Assembly (NCBI GenBank): GCA_030390025.1
Contig: CM059449.1
Coordinates: 14,012,001 to 14,076,000, forward strand
Source of the DNA: Squalus acanthias
Lineage: Eukaryota
Reading direction: 5' to 3'
Length of the DNA stretch: 64,000 nt
The position numbers and the translations under genes were made by a program. Positions 25,745 through 39,310 of the stretch are shown piece by piece (position 1 is the first letter of the stretch; every line of letters begins with the position of its first letter). A model generated the notes under the pieces. That model saw only the letters and a list, made by a program, of their open reading frames with translations. It had not been told where the DNA came from and made no database searches.

Positions 25745-26112
25745 TGTTGCTTGGGAGGAGGGCTCAGACAGAAATAAAAATAGCCTAAAGATTTACAATA
25801 TTTTATAAAGGGATGAGACCAAAGTCCAGGTAATCAATATTGTCAAAATTAACATACATACTTCAAGTTCAGAAAAAATACAGGAAATAATAATAAACTG
25901 ACTGTTCAAAATACAACAGAAGTGATAAAAAGGAATGTGATAAGTTACAACATGTTTGAAAACATCGGGGCATAAGGACAGGAAATGGTCTTTTCCCAAA
26001 TTAGAAGTTCTATACACTAATGCATGTAGCATAAGAAATAAAACAAGTGAATTAGAAGCGCAAATTCAGTTAAAAAGATCTGACGTATTGTCTACATCAC
26101 TGAGACCTGGCT

Positions 26113-28390
26113 ACAACAACAACAACAACTTGTATTTATATAGCGCCTTTAATGGAGTAAAACGTCCCAAGGCACTGCACAGGAGTATTTTAATTGACAA
26201 ATTTGACACCGATCCACATAAGGATAAATTAGGGCAGCTGACCAAAAGCTTGGTCAAATAAGTAGGTTTTAAGGAGCGTCTTAAAGGAGGAAAGGGAGGC
26301 AGAGAGGCGAAGAGGTTTAGGCAGGGAATTCCAGAGCTTGCGGCCTAGACAACAGAAGGCACAACCACCAAAGGTTGAGCGATTATAATCAGGGATGCTC
26401 AAGAGGGCAGAATTAGAGGAGCGCAGATATCTCGAGGGGTTTGTGGGGCTGAAGGAGATTAGAAACATAGAAACATAGAAAGTAGAAGCAGGAGTAGGCC
26501 ATTCAGTCCTTCGAGCCTGCTCCGCCATTCAATATGATCATGGTTGATCCTCTATCTCAATACCATATTCCCGCTCTCTCCCCATACCCCTTGATGCCTT
26601 TTGTTTCTAGAAATCTATATATCTCCTTCTTGAATATATTCAGTGACTTGGCCTCCACAGCCTTCCGTGGTAGAGAATTCCACAGGTTCACCACCCTCTG
26701 AGTGAAGACATTTCATCATCTCAGTCCTAAATGTCCTACCCCTTATCCTGAGACTGTGACCCCTCGTTCTAGACCCCCCAGCCAGGGGAAACATCCTCCC
26801 AGCATCCAGTCTGTCTAGCCCTGTCAGAATTTTATACATTTCAATGAGATCCCCTCTCATTCTTCTAAACTCTAGTGAATACAGGCCTAGTTGACCCAAT
26901 CTCTCCTCATATGACAGTCCTGCCATCCCAGGAATCAGTCTGGTGAACCTTCGCTGCACTCCCTCTATGGCAAGTATATCCTTTCTTAGATAAGCAGACC
27001 AAAACTGCACACAGTACTCCAGGTGTGGTCTCACCAAGGCCCTGTATAACTGTAGTAAGACATCCTTGCTCCTGTACTCAAATCCTCTTGCAATGAAGGC
27101 CAACATACCATTTGCCTTCCTAACTGCTTGCTGCACCTGCATGTTTACTTTCAGTGACTGGTGTACAAGTTCACCCAGGTCCCTCTGTACAACAACATTT
27201 CCCAATCTATCATCATTTCTGTTTTTCCTACCGAAGTGGATAACTTCACCTTTATCCACGTTATGCTGCATCTGCCATGTATTTGCCCACTCACTCAACT
27301 TGTCTAAATCACCTTGAAGCCTCTTTGCATCCTCCTCACGACTCACAATCCTCCCTAGTTTTGTGTCGTCAGCAAACTTGGAAATATTACATTTGGTTCC
27401 CTCATCCAAATCAGGTTTTGGGCAAGAGATTCAGTGGGGGATGTAAGGGAAAACCTTTTTACGCAGCGAGTGCTGAGGACCTGGAACTCGCTGCCGACGG
27501 AAGTGCTGGAAGCGGACAAACTCAATGGCCCATATTTTCCGATCGGAGGCTTCTTGCGTGCCTTTCTGGAAAAAATCTACACCCTTACCTGAGGGCTCCA
27601 GAGGTCTGGCTATTTTCGATCCTGGGCCTCTCCACGACAAAATACGCAGGGCCCACGTATCCCAGGGGTGCATGCGGTTTGCAAACGTCCCCGGGATCAC
27701 GTGGGTCATAGGGAGCCAATGGGAGAAGGGAATCCCGCTTCATACTTTTGACAGGTCTCTCAGCTTAGACCCATCAAAAGTATGAATGGAGATCAATGAA
27801 AAAACACATCAAAACATTCAATAAAATTTTTTTTAAATCACGTTTTTAAAATTAGTTAAAATTACATTAATTAAATATTTTAAACAAAAATTTAAACTTA
27901 CCTTTTTTAAAAGTATTTTGAAATTATAAATGAGTGAAAAAAACATTTTTTTTAACTTTTTTAAACTCTTACTCCTGCTTTTACCAGGCGTAAGATTTTT
28001 AAGGTTTGCAGCGGGCGGAGGTTGTGCAGAAAGCGGAACTCTCCACCCACAGAGGCCCTTCTCCAGGGCAGGCGTGCAATCTGTCAAGAGCATCCTTGAC
28101 AGATCTGAAATGCCGGTTTTCAGCACATGCACTTCGCATGCCTGAAACCGGCATTTGCGAGGTCCCTACGGGTGTGTACACACCTCGTACACCCCTGTAG
28201 GGATCGGAAAATACGGGCCAATGTTTTCAAGGGGAGACTGGATAGGCACTTGAGGGAAATAAACTTGCCGGGCTACGGGGATAGAGCGGGGGAATGGGAC
28301 TGACTGGATTGCTCTACAGAGAGCCGGCACGGACTCGATGGGACAAATGGCCTCCTTCTGTGCCGTTACGACTCTATGACTCTATGACTT
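26113..28390. mobile_element. L2 3' end (-, ~26113-26460), CR1 (-, ~26460-27410) and CR1 3' end (+, ~27411-28390, split by MITE B1)
   Basis: ORF translations and tails. Confidence 0.8.
27527..28219. mobile_element. Harbinger-type MITE family B, copy 1
   Basis: TIR GGCCCATATTTTCCGATC...GATCGGAAAATACGGGCC; TSD AAT inside a CR1 3' end. Confidence 0.8.
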
Positions 28391-30237
28391 AAAGACCATA
28401 TATGGACACTGGCCAAATGAACTGTTGATAAGAAAAGGGTTAAAACCCTGATACTAAAAGAATAACTTCACACAGAACTACTGCGAAGGCAAAGGAACAG
28501 ATTGAAGATAACGTCACCTGTGTCCGAGAGGTCCCAGAGCCCAAGGGCTGCGAGCTACTCGTTGAACTGTCGCCTATTGTTAAGTATATTACACTGTAAG
28601 CTTAATAAATCTTGATCTATTGCTCAAACATACTGGCTGCTGCCTGTTGGTGTCTTGTCCAAGAACTCTGAGGGATCATTTAAGATCTTACACGAGGGAG
28701 AAGGGTGAGTCATGAACCAAGGCTTTAAATTTAGGTCTGGTTGACTTTGGAGGGATGAGGCAGGAATTGACCACAATAGACTGGGCAGAACTACTGACGG
28801 ATAAAACAACAGATGAACAGTGGGAGGTTTTCAAAAAAGTACGTGGTCGCATACGAGACCTGTACATACCCCTAAAGGGCAAGAACACTATTCTGTGTGA
28901 TTAAACAACCTCAGTCAACAAGGGAAGTGAGAGATAGTATAAAACTACAAGAAAGGGCTTATATGAAAGCAAAAAATCATAGAGATCCAGTGGACTGGGA
29001 GAGATATAAAGAACAGCAAAGGGATACAAAGAAAGTGGGAAGAGTTGCAAAAAGGGAATACGAGAAAAAGCTTGCGAGGGATATCAAGAACAACACTAAA
29101 GGTTTTTACAAATATATTAAGAGAAAGAGTTTGGCTAAGAGTAATGTGGGCCCCTTAATGACAGACGCAGATGATATTGTCATTGGAAATCAGGAAATTG
29201 CAGACTTACTAAATAGCTACTTTGTATTGATCTTCACAGTAGATGATGAGGAAAAATACCAGAGATACAAGGAACACTAAAAATAAATCAAGGGAGAAAC
29301 TAACTCGATTCAATATAATTTTTTGAATGGTGATGGAAATCTAATGAGATTAGATGGGCAGAACATTGGCAAATGGAATTTAACCCTGAAAAGTGTGAGG
29401 TGATGCATTTTGGGAGGACTAACAAGGCAAGGGAATACACAATGAATGGTAGGACCCTAGGAAGGGCAGAGGATCAGAGGGACCTTGGTGTGCATGTACA
29501 TAGATCCTTTGAAGGCAGCAGGACAGGTAGATAAGGTGGTTAAAAAGGCATATGGGATACTTGCATTCATTAGCCAAGGCATAGAATATAAGAGCAGGGA
29601 GGTTATGATGGAGCTGTACAAAATGCTAGTTGGGCCACAGCTGGAATACTGTGTGCAGTTCTGGTCGCCACACTATAGGAAGGATGTGATTGCATTGGAG
29701 AGGGTGCAGAGGAGATTCACCAGGATGTTACCTGGGCTGCAGCGCTTCAGCTATGAAGAGAGACTGGACAGGTTGGGGTTGTTTTCCTTAGAGCAGAGAA
29801 GGCTGAGGGGGGACCTGATTGAGGTGTACAAAATTATGAGGGGCATAGATAGGGTAGATAGAAAGGAACTTTTCCACTTAGTAGAGGGGTCAATAACCAG
29901 GGGTCATAGTTTCAAGGTAAGGGGCAGGAAGTTTAGAGGGGATTTGAGGAAAAACTTTTTCACCCAGAGGGTGGTTGGAATCTGGAACTCACTGCCTGAA
30001 AGGGTGGTACAGACAGGAACCCTCACAACATTCAAGAAGCATTTAGATGAGCACTTGAAACGCCATAGCATACAAGGCTATGGACCAAGTGCTGGAAAAT
30101 GGGATTAGAATAGACAGGGCTTGATGGCCGGCACGGACACGATGGGCCGAAGGGCCTCTTTCTGTGCTATATAACTCTATGACTCTATGAGATAGGTAAA
30201 TCTACAGGACCCAATGCTTTCCACCCCAGCATAATAA

Positions 30238-30703
30238 AAGAAATACTTGCATTTATATAGCGCCTTTCACAACAACTGGACATATCAAGGCACTTCACAG
30301 CCAATGAAGTACTTTTTGAAGGGGAGTCACTGTTGTAATGTGGGAAACACAGCAGCCAATTTGCACACAGCAAGCTCCCACAAACAGCAATGTGATAATG
30401 ACCTGATAATCTGTTTTTGTTATGTGGATTGAGGGACAAATATTGGCCCAGGACACCTGGGGATATAACTCCACTGCTCTTCTTTGAAATAGTGCCTTGG
30501 GATCTTTTACATCCATCTGAGAGAGCAGACGGGGCCTCGGTTTAATGTCTCATCTGAAAGACGGCACCTCCGACAGTGCAGCGCTCCCTCAGCACCGCAC
30601 TGGAGTGTCAGCCTAGATTTATGGGCTCAAGTTCCATTGGAATGGGACTCGAACCCTCAACCTTCTGAGGCAAGTGTGCTACTCACTGAGCCACAGCTGA
30701 CAC
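30238..30703 (-). mobile_element. Deu-domain tRNA SINE (SacSINE1/AmnSINE-like), full length
   Basis: Minus-strand A box TGGCTCAGTGAG and B box GGTTCGAGTCC; Deu-like core; L2-type tail AAAGGCGCTATATAAATGCAAG. Confidence 0.75.
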
Positions 30704-30954
30704 TGTGTGAGTAGTCGAGAAAATTTTTGATGCTCTAGTCATGATCATCCAAAACTCCCTTGATTCAGGAATTGTCCCCTTGGATTGAAAAATTGCCAAT
30801 GTCACTCCACTATTTAAGAAGGGTAAGAGAGCTAAACTAGGGAATTATAGGCCTATTAGTCAAACGTCAGTTGTGGGGAAGTTACTAGAATCTGTTATTA
30901 GTGACAGAGTGACTGAGCGTTTGGACAAATATGAGCTGATCAGAGAGAGCCAGC

Positions 30955-31278
30955 ATAGAAACATAGAAACATAGAAACTAGGAGCAGGCGTAGGCCATTC
31001 GGCCCGTCGAGCCTGCTCCACCATTCAATACGATCATGGCTGATCATCCAAATCCAGTACCCTGTCCCTGCTTTCTCACACAGAATCCCCACATCGAGCC
31101 TGCACCTATCCCACCATATCCCCGTAACCCCACGTATTTAATTCCCCCTAACATATCCCATCCTATCCCCATAACCCCACATATTTAATCCCCCCCTAAC
31201 ACTAAGGGTCAATTTATCATAGCCAAATCAACCTAACCCGCACATTTTTGGACTGTGGGAGGAAACCGGAGCACCCGG
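30955..31278 (-). mobile_element. HE1-type V-SINE, 5'-truncated
   Basis: Reverse complement of the 62465 element body and tail. Confidence 0.75.
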
Positions 31279-32457
31279 AGCATGGATTTGTAAAGTCTAA
31301 TGAAACTAGTTGGATTTTTTTGAGGAGGTAACTAACGAGGTAGATAAGGGAATGTTATTCATATGGACTTCCAGAAGGTTTTCAACAGGTACCACTTAAA
31401 AGACAGTTAACATAAATGAGAGTACATGGAATTGGAGGCAAACTATTGGCTTGGATAGGGAATTGGTTAGCAGTTAGGAGACAGAGTAGGAATAACAGTG
31501 TCTGTTCTCAAATGGGCACGATGTGACTCGTGGTGTCCACCAGGGACCAGTACTGCCACAGCGTTTCACTATATTTATAAATGACTTCGATGAAGCAATA
31601 GAGAGCCGTATATTTAAGTTTGCTGACGACACTAAGTTAGGGGGCACAGTAAATAGTGTAGATGGGAGCAGAACATTGCAAAGAGACACTGATAGATTAA
31701 GGGAGTGGGCAAAACTGTGGCAGAAGGAGTTCAATGTGGGAAGGTGTGAGGTCAATCACTTTGGACCTCAGAAAGACAGATCAGAGCATTTTATAAAAAG
31801 CAAGAAGCTAGGAACTGTGGATATGCAGAGAGGTTTAGGGGTCCAAGTATAGAGATCACTGAAAACTGGTGGACAGGTACAAAAAATAATTTAAAAGGCG
31901 AATGAGATTTTGGCCTTTATCTCACGAGGGCTGGAATACAAAGTTATGATAAAGCTGTACGGCGCTCTAGTGAGACCCCGTCTGGAGTAACTACATTCAG
32001 TTCTGGGCACCGCACCTCAGAAAGGATATATTGGCTTTGGAGAGGGTGCCACGTAGATTCACCAGAATGATACCGGGGCTAAAAGGATTAAATTATGAGG
32101 ACAGTTTGGATAGACTAGGCTTGTATTCCCTCGAGGATAGAAGATTAAGGTTTGATCTAATTGAGGTTCTCAAGATAATTAAATGTTTGACAGGGTAGAT
32201 AGCGAGAAACTATTTCCTCTGGCAGGGGAGAGTCCAGAACCTTAAAATTAGAGCCAGGCCATTCAGGGGTGATGTCAGGAAGCACTTCTTCACACAAAGG
32301 GCAGTGGAAATTTGGAACTCTCTCCCCCCAAAATGCTGTTGAGGCTGGGGATCAGTTGAAAATTTCAAAAATGAGATTGATCGCTTTTTGCTAGGCAAGG
32401 GTATTACGGGTTACGGAACCAAGTTGGGTAGATGGAGCTAAGATACAGATCAGCCAA

Positions 32458-32616
32458 AAGTGAGAAGTCGCACAACACCAGGTTATACTTCACCTGATGA
32501 AGGGGCAGCCGCTCCGAAAGCTTGTGATTTCAAATAAAACTGTTGGACTAAAACCTGGTGTTGTGCGACTTCTCACATTTGTCCACCCCAGTCCAACACC
32601 AGCATCTCCGCATCAT
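32458..32616 (+). mobile_element. Penelope-like terminal repeat fragment with partial inverted copy; hammerhead at 32490-32527
   Basis: TCAC-CTGATGA-AGGGGC AGCC GCTCC-GAA-AGCT-T-GTGA; 5' part is the reverse complement of the 3' part. Confidence 0.7.
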
Positions 32617-33219
32617 AATTCAATGGTGGAACAGGTGCGAGGGGCTGAATGGCCTCCTCCTGTTCCTACGTTCCTATGTTGCTGTTTGGTGAATATCAAG
32701 CAGACCTGAAGACCTGATATTAGAAGGAATAAAAATGATGTTCCCAAGGAAGTAAAGAGGGCGGAGACAGCTGCCGCACAGAGTGCAACAGACTCACACT
32801 GGTTTTGAATAAATGTAAAAGAAGCTTTACAGAATTGAAAATAAAACAATCGATTTAGGTCTCAAATCTCACAGAGAGAAAATAAATATAGCCTGTAACT
32901 GCACAATTATCCAAACTCCCTTTACTGTTTCTTTTTCTTGCGCATTTAACCGTGGCACAAGGCTTACTGTAAATTCCTATGCTTGCACAAAGATCATCAT
33001 AAAATTAAAGTCACAGGTATGATTTGCCCAATCAAATGTATATGAATTCAGCCAATTAAATGTCAGCTTATATAGTGTTTCTCAGCCCTGTCTCCTACAC
33101 CTGACTTTCTAGTGTTAGTCTGGTGTAGGACACTCCATCCTGGACTGACATATATCCTTATCCACATATGCAATTTGTATTTTCAATCATTTTATCAAAT
33201 TGCTGTCAAATGTTTTGTT

Positions 33220-34420
33220 AGTGGAAGTAACAAGGAGGGTCGATGAGGGCAGTGCGTTTGATGTAGTCTATATGGATTTTAGCAAGGCTTTTGATAAGGT
33301 CCCGCATGGCAGACTGGTCACGAAAGTAAAAGCCCATGGGATCCAAGGCAAAGTGAATCCGAAATTGGCTCAGAGGCAGGAAACACAGGGTAATGGTTGA
33401 AGGGTGCCTTTGTGACTGGAAGGCTGCTTCCAGTGGGGTTCCGCAGGGCTCAGTGCTGGGTCCTTTGCTTTTTGTGGTACATATCAATGATTTGGGCTTG
33501 AATGTAGGAAGTATGATTAAGAAATTTGCAGATGATACTAAAATTGACTGTGTGGTTGCTAATGAAGAAGGAAGCTGTAGACTGCAGGAAGATATCAATG
33601 GACTGGTCAGGTGGGCAGAACAGTGGCAAGTGGAATTCAATCCGGAGAAGTGTGAGGTAATGCATTTGGGGAGGGCTAACAAGGCAAGGGAATACACCAT
33701 AAATGGTAGGACACTGAGAAGGGCAGAGGATCAGAGGGACCTTGGAGTGCATGTCCACAGATCCCTGAAGGTAGCAGGACAGGTGGATAAGGTGGTTAAG
33801 AAGGCATACGGATACTTGCCTTTATTAGCCGAGGCATAGAATACAAGAGCAGGGGGGTTATGCTTGAACTGTATAAAACACTAGTTAGGCCGCAGCTAGA
33901 ATACTGCGTGCAGTTCTGGTCACCACATTACAGGAAGGATGTGATTGCACTAGAGGGGGCGCAGAGGAGATTTACGAGGATGTTGCCTGGGCTGGAGAAT
34001 TTTAGCTATGAGGAAAGATTGGATAGGGTGGGGGGTTTTTCTTTGGAACAGTGGAGGCTGAGGGGAAACCTAATTGAGGTGTATAAAATTATGTGGGGCC
34101 TAGACAGAGTGGCTAGGAAGGATCTATTTCCCTTAGCAGAGGGGTCGATAACCAGGGGGCATAGATTTAAAGTAATTGGTAGGAGGTTTAGAGGGGATTT
34201 GAGGAGAATTTTTTGGTGGGGGCCTGAAACTCACTGCCTGAAAGGATGGTAGAGGCAGAAACCCTCATCACATTTAAAAAGTACTTGGATATGCACTTAA
34301 AGTGCCGCAACCTACAGGGATACGGACCAAGTGCTGGAAAGTGGGATTAGGCTGGATAGCTCTTTGTCGGCCGGCACGGACAAGATGGGCCGAATGGCCT
34401 CCTTCTGTGCTCTAAATTTC
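33220..34420 (+). mobile_element. CR1 LINE RT fragment
   Basis: YMDFSKAFDKVPHGRL, GVPQGSVLGP, KFADDTK. Confidence 0.9.
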
Positions 34421-35030
34421 TATGATGATTTCTATGATTCTAATTATTACTTCCCTATTTTCCCTGAACATATCTCGCAGTCACCACATCAGGACTGCGC
34501 GGGACACAGCGTTTAAAAATATGTCTAATATAAGGCACATGCTGACAGTTCGAAGCGTCGAGTCTTATCCCTTGCACCTCATCGGAAGAACTGTTTACAT
34601 GATTCTGTGTTTCAGTAAGGCGATTTTATTCTTGGTACACATGGATTCTGTACATGACTGGATGAGCGGGCCAGATGATGGGCCATCATTTCCTGCTCGA
34701 AATACGTTCCTAGGATTCAAAAGCTGACTGAAATGTCGACTTGTTGATGTGCATCAGCTCAAAGCTATTACTACTGCTGCCAATTTGCAATGTGCGTAGG
34801 TACTACAAGCAGGAACCACTTTCAGGATTGCTCAGTGCAGGGAAGTTGCACAGGCACGATGGGCCAAAAGGCCTCCTCTGTGCTGTAGGATTCCTTGATT
34901 CTAGGAACATTTGGCACGTTGTCCTGAGTCCCAGTGTACCAGGAGCAGTTCATCACACTGTTGACACTTCACAATAAAGCAACTTTCTTGCAAATACAGT
35001 ATAGCATTTTAAGAAAATGTTTGCATAAGT

Positions 35031-35559
35031 AAAAGAAAGACTTGCATTTATATAGCGCCATTCACGACCACCAGACATCTCAAAGTGCTTTACAGCCAAT
35101 GAAGTACTTTTGGAGTGTAGTCACTGTTGTAATGTGGGAAACGCAGCAGCCAATTTGCGCACAGCAAGCTCCCACAAACAGCAATGTGATAATGACCAGA
35201 TAATCTGTTTTTGTTATGTTGATGGAGGGATAAATATTGGCCCAGGACACCGGGGATAACTCAAGGCCCTGTCTGCTCTCTCATGTGGCTGTAAAAGATC
35301 CCATGGCACTATTTTGAAGAAGAGTAGGGAAATATCCCTGGTGTCCTGGTCAATATTTATCCCTCAATCAACATCACTAAAGCAGATGATCTGGTCATTG
35401 TCACATTGCTGTTTGTGGGAGCTTGCTGTGTGCATATTTGGCTGCCATGTTTCCTACATTACAACAGTAACTACACTTCAAAAGTACTTAATTGGCTGTA
35501 AAGCGCTTTGGGACGTCCTGAGGTTGTGAAAGGCGCTATAGAAATGCTAGTCTTTCTTT
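35031..35559. repeat. Two Deu-SINE 3' fragments in inverted (head-to-head) orientation
   Basis: 35031-~35262 is the approximate reverse complement of ~35335-35559. Confidence 0.7.
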
Positions 35560-35599
35560 ATAAGTTCAAAGTTAGCAGCAATTCCTTACCTCTAACTGA

Positions 35600-36940
35600 G
35601 ATGAAAAAAACAACTCTTGACCCCTCCCCCTCCATCCTTGCAAACTACCACCCCATCTCCAACCTCCCTTTCTTCTCCAAAGTCCTTGAACGTGTTGTCG
35701 CCTCACAAATCTATGCCCATCTTTCCCGCAATTCCATGTTTGAATCCCTCCAATCAGGTTTCTGCCCTGCCACAGTACCGAAACGGCTCTCATCAAAGTC
35801 GCAAATGACATCCTTTGTGTCTGTGACAAAGGAAAACTATCCCTCCTCGTCCTTCTTGACCTGTCTGCAGCCTTTGACACGGTTGACCACTCCATCCTCC
35901 TCCAACGCCTCTCCACCATCGTCCAGCTGGGTGGGACTGCACTCACCTGGTTCCATTCTTATCTATCTAATCGTAGCCAGAGAATCACCTCCAATGGCAT
36001 CTCTTTCCTCTCCTGCATCGTTACCTCTGGTGTTCCCCAAGGACCCAGTCCTTGGCCCCCTCCTACTTCTTATCTGCATGTTGCCCCTTGGCGACATCAT
36101 CTGAAAACACAGCGTCAGTTTCCACATGTACGCTGATGACACCCAGCTCTACCTCACTACCTCTTCTCTCGATCCCTCCACAGTCTCTAAATTGTCAGAC
36201 TGCTTGTCCGACATCCAGTTCTGGATGAGCAGAAATTTTCTCCAAATAAATATTGGGAAGACCGAAGCCATTGTTTTCAGTCCCTGCCACAAACTCCGTT
36301 CCCTCGCCTTCTCCCTAACATCTGTCTGAGGCTGAACCACACTGTCCGCAACCTTGGTGTCATATTTGACCCTGAAATGAGCTTCTGACCACATATCCAC
36401 GGCATAACTAAGACCGCCTATTTCCACCTCCGGAACATCGCCCATCTCCGCCCTTGCCTGAGCTCATCCGCTGCTGAAACCCTCATCCATGCCTTGTTAC
36501 CTCTAGACATGACAATTCCAACGCACTCCTGGCTGGCCTCCCACATTCCACCCTACGTAAACTTGAGGTCATCCAAAACTCTGCTGCCCGTGTCCTAACT
36601 CGCACCAAGTCCTGTTCACCCATCACCCCCTGGGCTCGCTGACCTACATTGGCTCCTGGTTAAGCAATGCCTGGATTTCAAAATTCTCATCCTTGTTTTC
36701 AAATCCCTCCATGGCCTCGCCCCTCCCGATCTCTGTAATCTCCTTCAGCCCCACAACCCCCCGAGATATCTGCGCTCCTCTAATTCTGCCCTCTTGAGCA
36801 TCCCGGATTATAAATCGCTCAACCTTTGGTGGCCGTGCCTTCTGTTGCCTAGGCCCTAAGCTCTGGAATTCCCTGCCTAAACCTCTCCGCCTTGCAACCT
36901 CTCTTTCCTCCTTTAAGGTGCTCCTTAAAACCTACCTCAT
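35600..36940 (+). mobile_element. L2 LINE ORF2 fragment
   Basis: NYHPISNLPFFSKVLERVVASQ; MYADDTQLYL. Confidence 0.88.
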
Positions 36941-38459
36941 GGCGATCAAGGTTTTTATCATTGCGGACCAGCCCCCTCACAATTGTAGTGTGCTTCAGTT
37001 CTGTGCAATATTCAACGCCAACAGCCAGCTTGTAATGGAAATTCACGCTTATCTGTGGCGCTGCAGCCCACGAGCAGGTCACTGGCGAGTTAAGCTCCCT
37101 CCCACACACTGATCAGATAAACATTCATAAAAAACACATTGCAGCTTGTTAGGGGCAGGGTGGGGAAAACATGGTGGTCAAAGACTGTGAAATATGTAGG
37201 CGGCGTACAGCTGGGACCTTTCAACCATTTCCCTTCTCATTGAAACGTATAAAATTCTGACAGGGCTAGACAGACTGGATGCAGGGAGGAAGTTTCCCCT
37301 GGCTGGGGGGGTCTAGAATGAGTGGTCACAATCTCAGGATATGGGGTAGGACATTTAGGACTGAGATGAGGAGACATTTCTTCACTCAGAGGGTGGTGAA
37401 CCTGTGGAATTCTCTGCCACAGAAGGCTGTGGAGGCCAAGTCACTGAATATATTTAAGAAGGAGTTAGATAGATTTCTAGACACAAAAGGCAGCAAGGGG
37501 TATGGGGAGAGAGCAGGAATATGGTATTGAGATAGAGGATCAGCCATGATCATATTGAATGGCGGAGCAGGCTCGAAGGGCCGAATGGCCGACTCCTGCT
37601 CCTATTTTTCTATGTTTCTAATAGTGATTCCAGTAACGGATTTGAACTTGTTCACTTCTCTCATGTACAATCTCATGCTCTCCCTCATACATGCTCAACT
37701 CGCTCCATCAACTTCTCATTCACAATCGGGTCCTTTCTTAACACATTGATCATCTCTTTCCCAAAATGTCCTTTTTAATCTCACTCTTTCTCCCAGTTTA
37801 TCTTATCTTTCACACGCTTGTTTCTTTGCCTTTCTGAGGGGGATTGACAGGGTAGATGCAGGGAGGATGTTTCCCCCTGGCTGGGGAGTCTGGAACCAGG
37901 GGTCACAGTCTCAGAACGAGGGGTCGACCATTTATGACTGAGATGAGGAGGAATTTCTTCACTCAGAGGGTGTTGAATCTTTGGAATTCTCTACCCCAGA
38001 GGGCTGTGGAGGCTCAGTCATTGAGTATATTCAAGGCTGAGAGAGATAGATTTTTGGACTCTGGGGAATCAAGGGATGTGGGGATCGGGCGGGAAAGTGG
38101 AGTTGAGGTGGAAGATCAGCCATGATCTTATTGAATGGCGGAGCAGGCTTGAGGGGCTGTATGGCCTACTCCTGCTCCTATTTCTTAGGTTCCTATGTTC
38201 TTATGTCCTACAATTTCTCTCTCATTGAATTCTTTCTCTGTCTCACACTCCCGGTTCTCTTTCTGGTTCTCATTCACACAGCCATTCTTTCTTTCTTTCT
38301 CTTTCTCTCTCACTTATTTTCAGCATTTCCAGTGTAGAGTGATGGCCAGATTATTTCTACCACCAGCGTTGGATGGTTTTACCCCAATAATCTTTGTGAA
38401 TGTGTCTCGGCAATTGAAAGCGGGATCCTGTTTTCAGGATCGGATACAGGAGCACTTTT

Positions 38460-38745
38460 AACATAGAAACATAGAAACATAGAATCTAGGAGCAGGAGTA
38501 GGCCATTCGGCCCGTCGAGCCTGCTCCACCATTCAATACGATCATGGCTGATCATCCAAATCCAGTACCCTGTCCCTGCTTTAATCCCCACAGTACACAT
38601 ATCCCACCCTACCCCCATAACCGCACGTATTTAATTCCCCCTAACATATCCCATCCTATCCCCATATATTTAATCCAACCCCTAACACTAAGGGTCAATT
38701 TATCATAGCCAAATCAACCTAACCCGTACATTTTTGGATGTCAAC
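38460..38745 (-). mobile_element. HE1-type V-SINE 3' part
   Basis: Same body and tail as 62465. Confidence 0.7.
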
Positions 38746-39310
38746 CTAATCAACCTAACCCACCCCTCGGGGAAACCCACAGGAGTGGGTGGAACGCCGT
38801 TTTTTACACCCCCGCCCCCAATATTGCTCTCCATTGACTTCAATGGCGTGTAAAATCAGGCCGGGGTGTAAAAGCGGCGTTGCAGCCGATCCCGTCAGTT
38901 TCCCGATGGGTGGGTTGGGTTAAACTTGCCCCCGGTAACTGTATCAATAGCCTTCCCTGTGCCTCAGGCCTCTATCAACTGGCCCAGTCCCAGGGATGTA
39001 GTTACAGACTTCCAGGAGGAAGCCCATCCCACTGATTTTTATCGCAAATTTCCCTCGGGGTTGTTCCACTTCTCAAAACAATGCAAGTTTTGGCTGTTTC
39101 AGTGCAATTGGCTGCAGACATGATGTTTCCTGCATCTCACAATTGCGGGATGTAGATAATAAGAGTGGAGCAGCTATCAAAGGAAATTATGATGTGCCAA
39201 TATCAATTGAACATAATTTCTCTATTTGAATATCACAGATTTCCCTTACAGAGATGAACACTAACAGTCCCTTTCATATAAATGCAGCTGGATCTTAACA
39301 TAGAAACATA

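Larger units (their letters stand above)
28693..32675 (+). mobile_element. Old degenerate CR1 carrying nested younger CR1 (~29355-30187), Deu-SINE, HE1 SINE and Penelope fragment
   Basis: CR1 ORF2 reading continues on both sides of each insert (AKREYEKKLARDIK...; KFADDTKLGG...). Confidence 0.8.
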
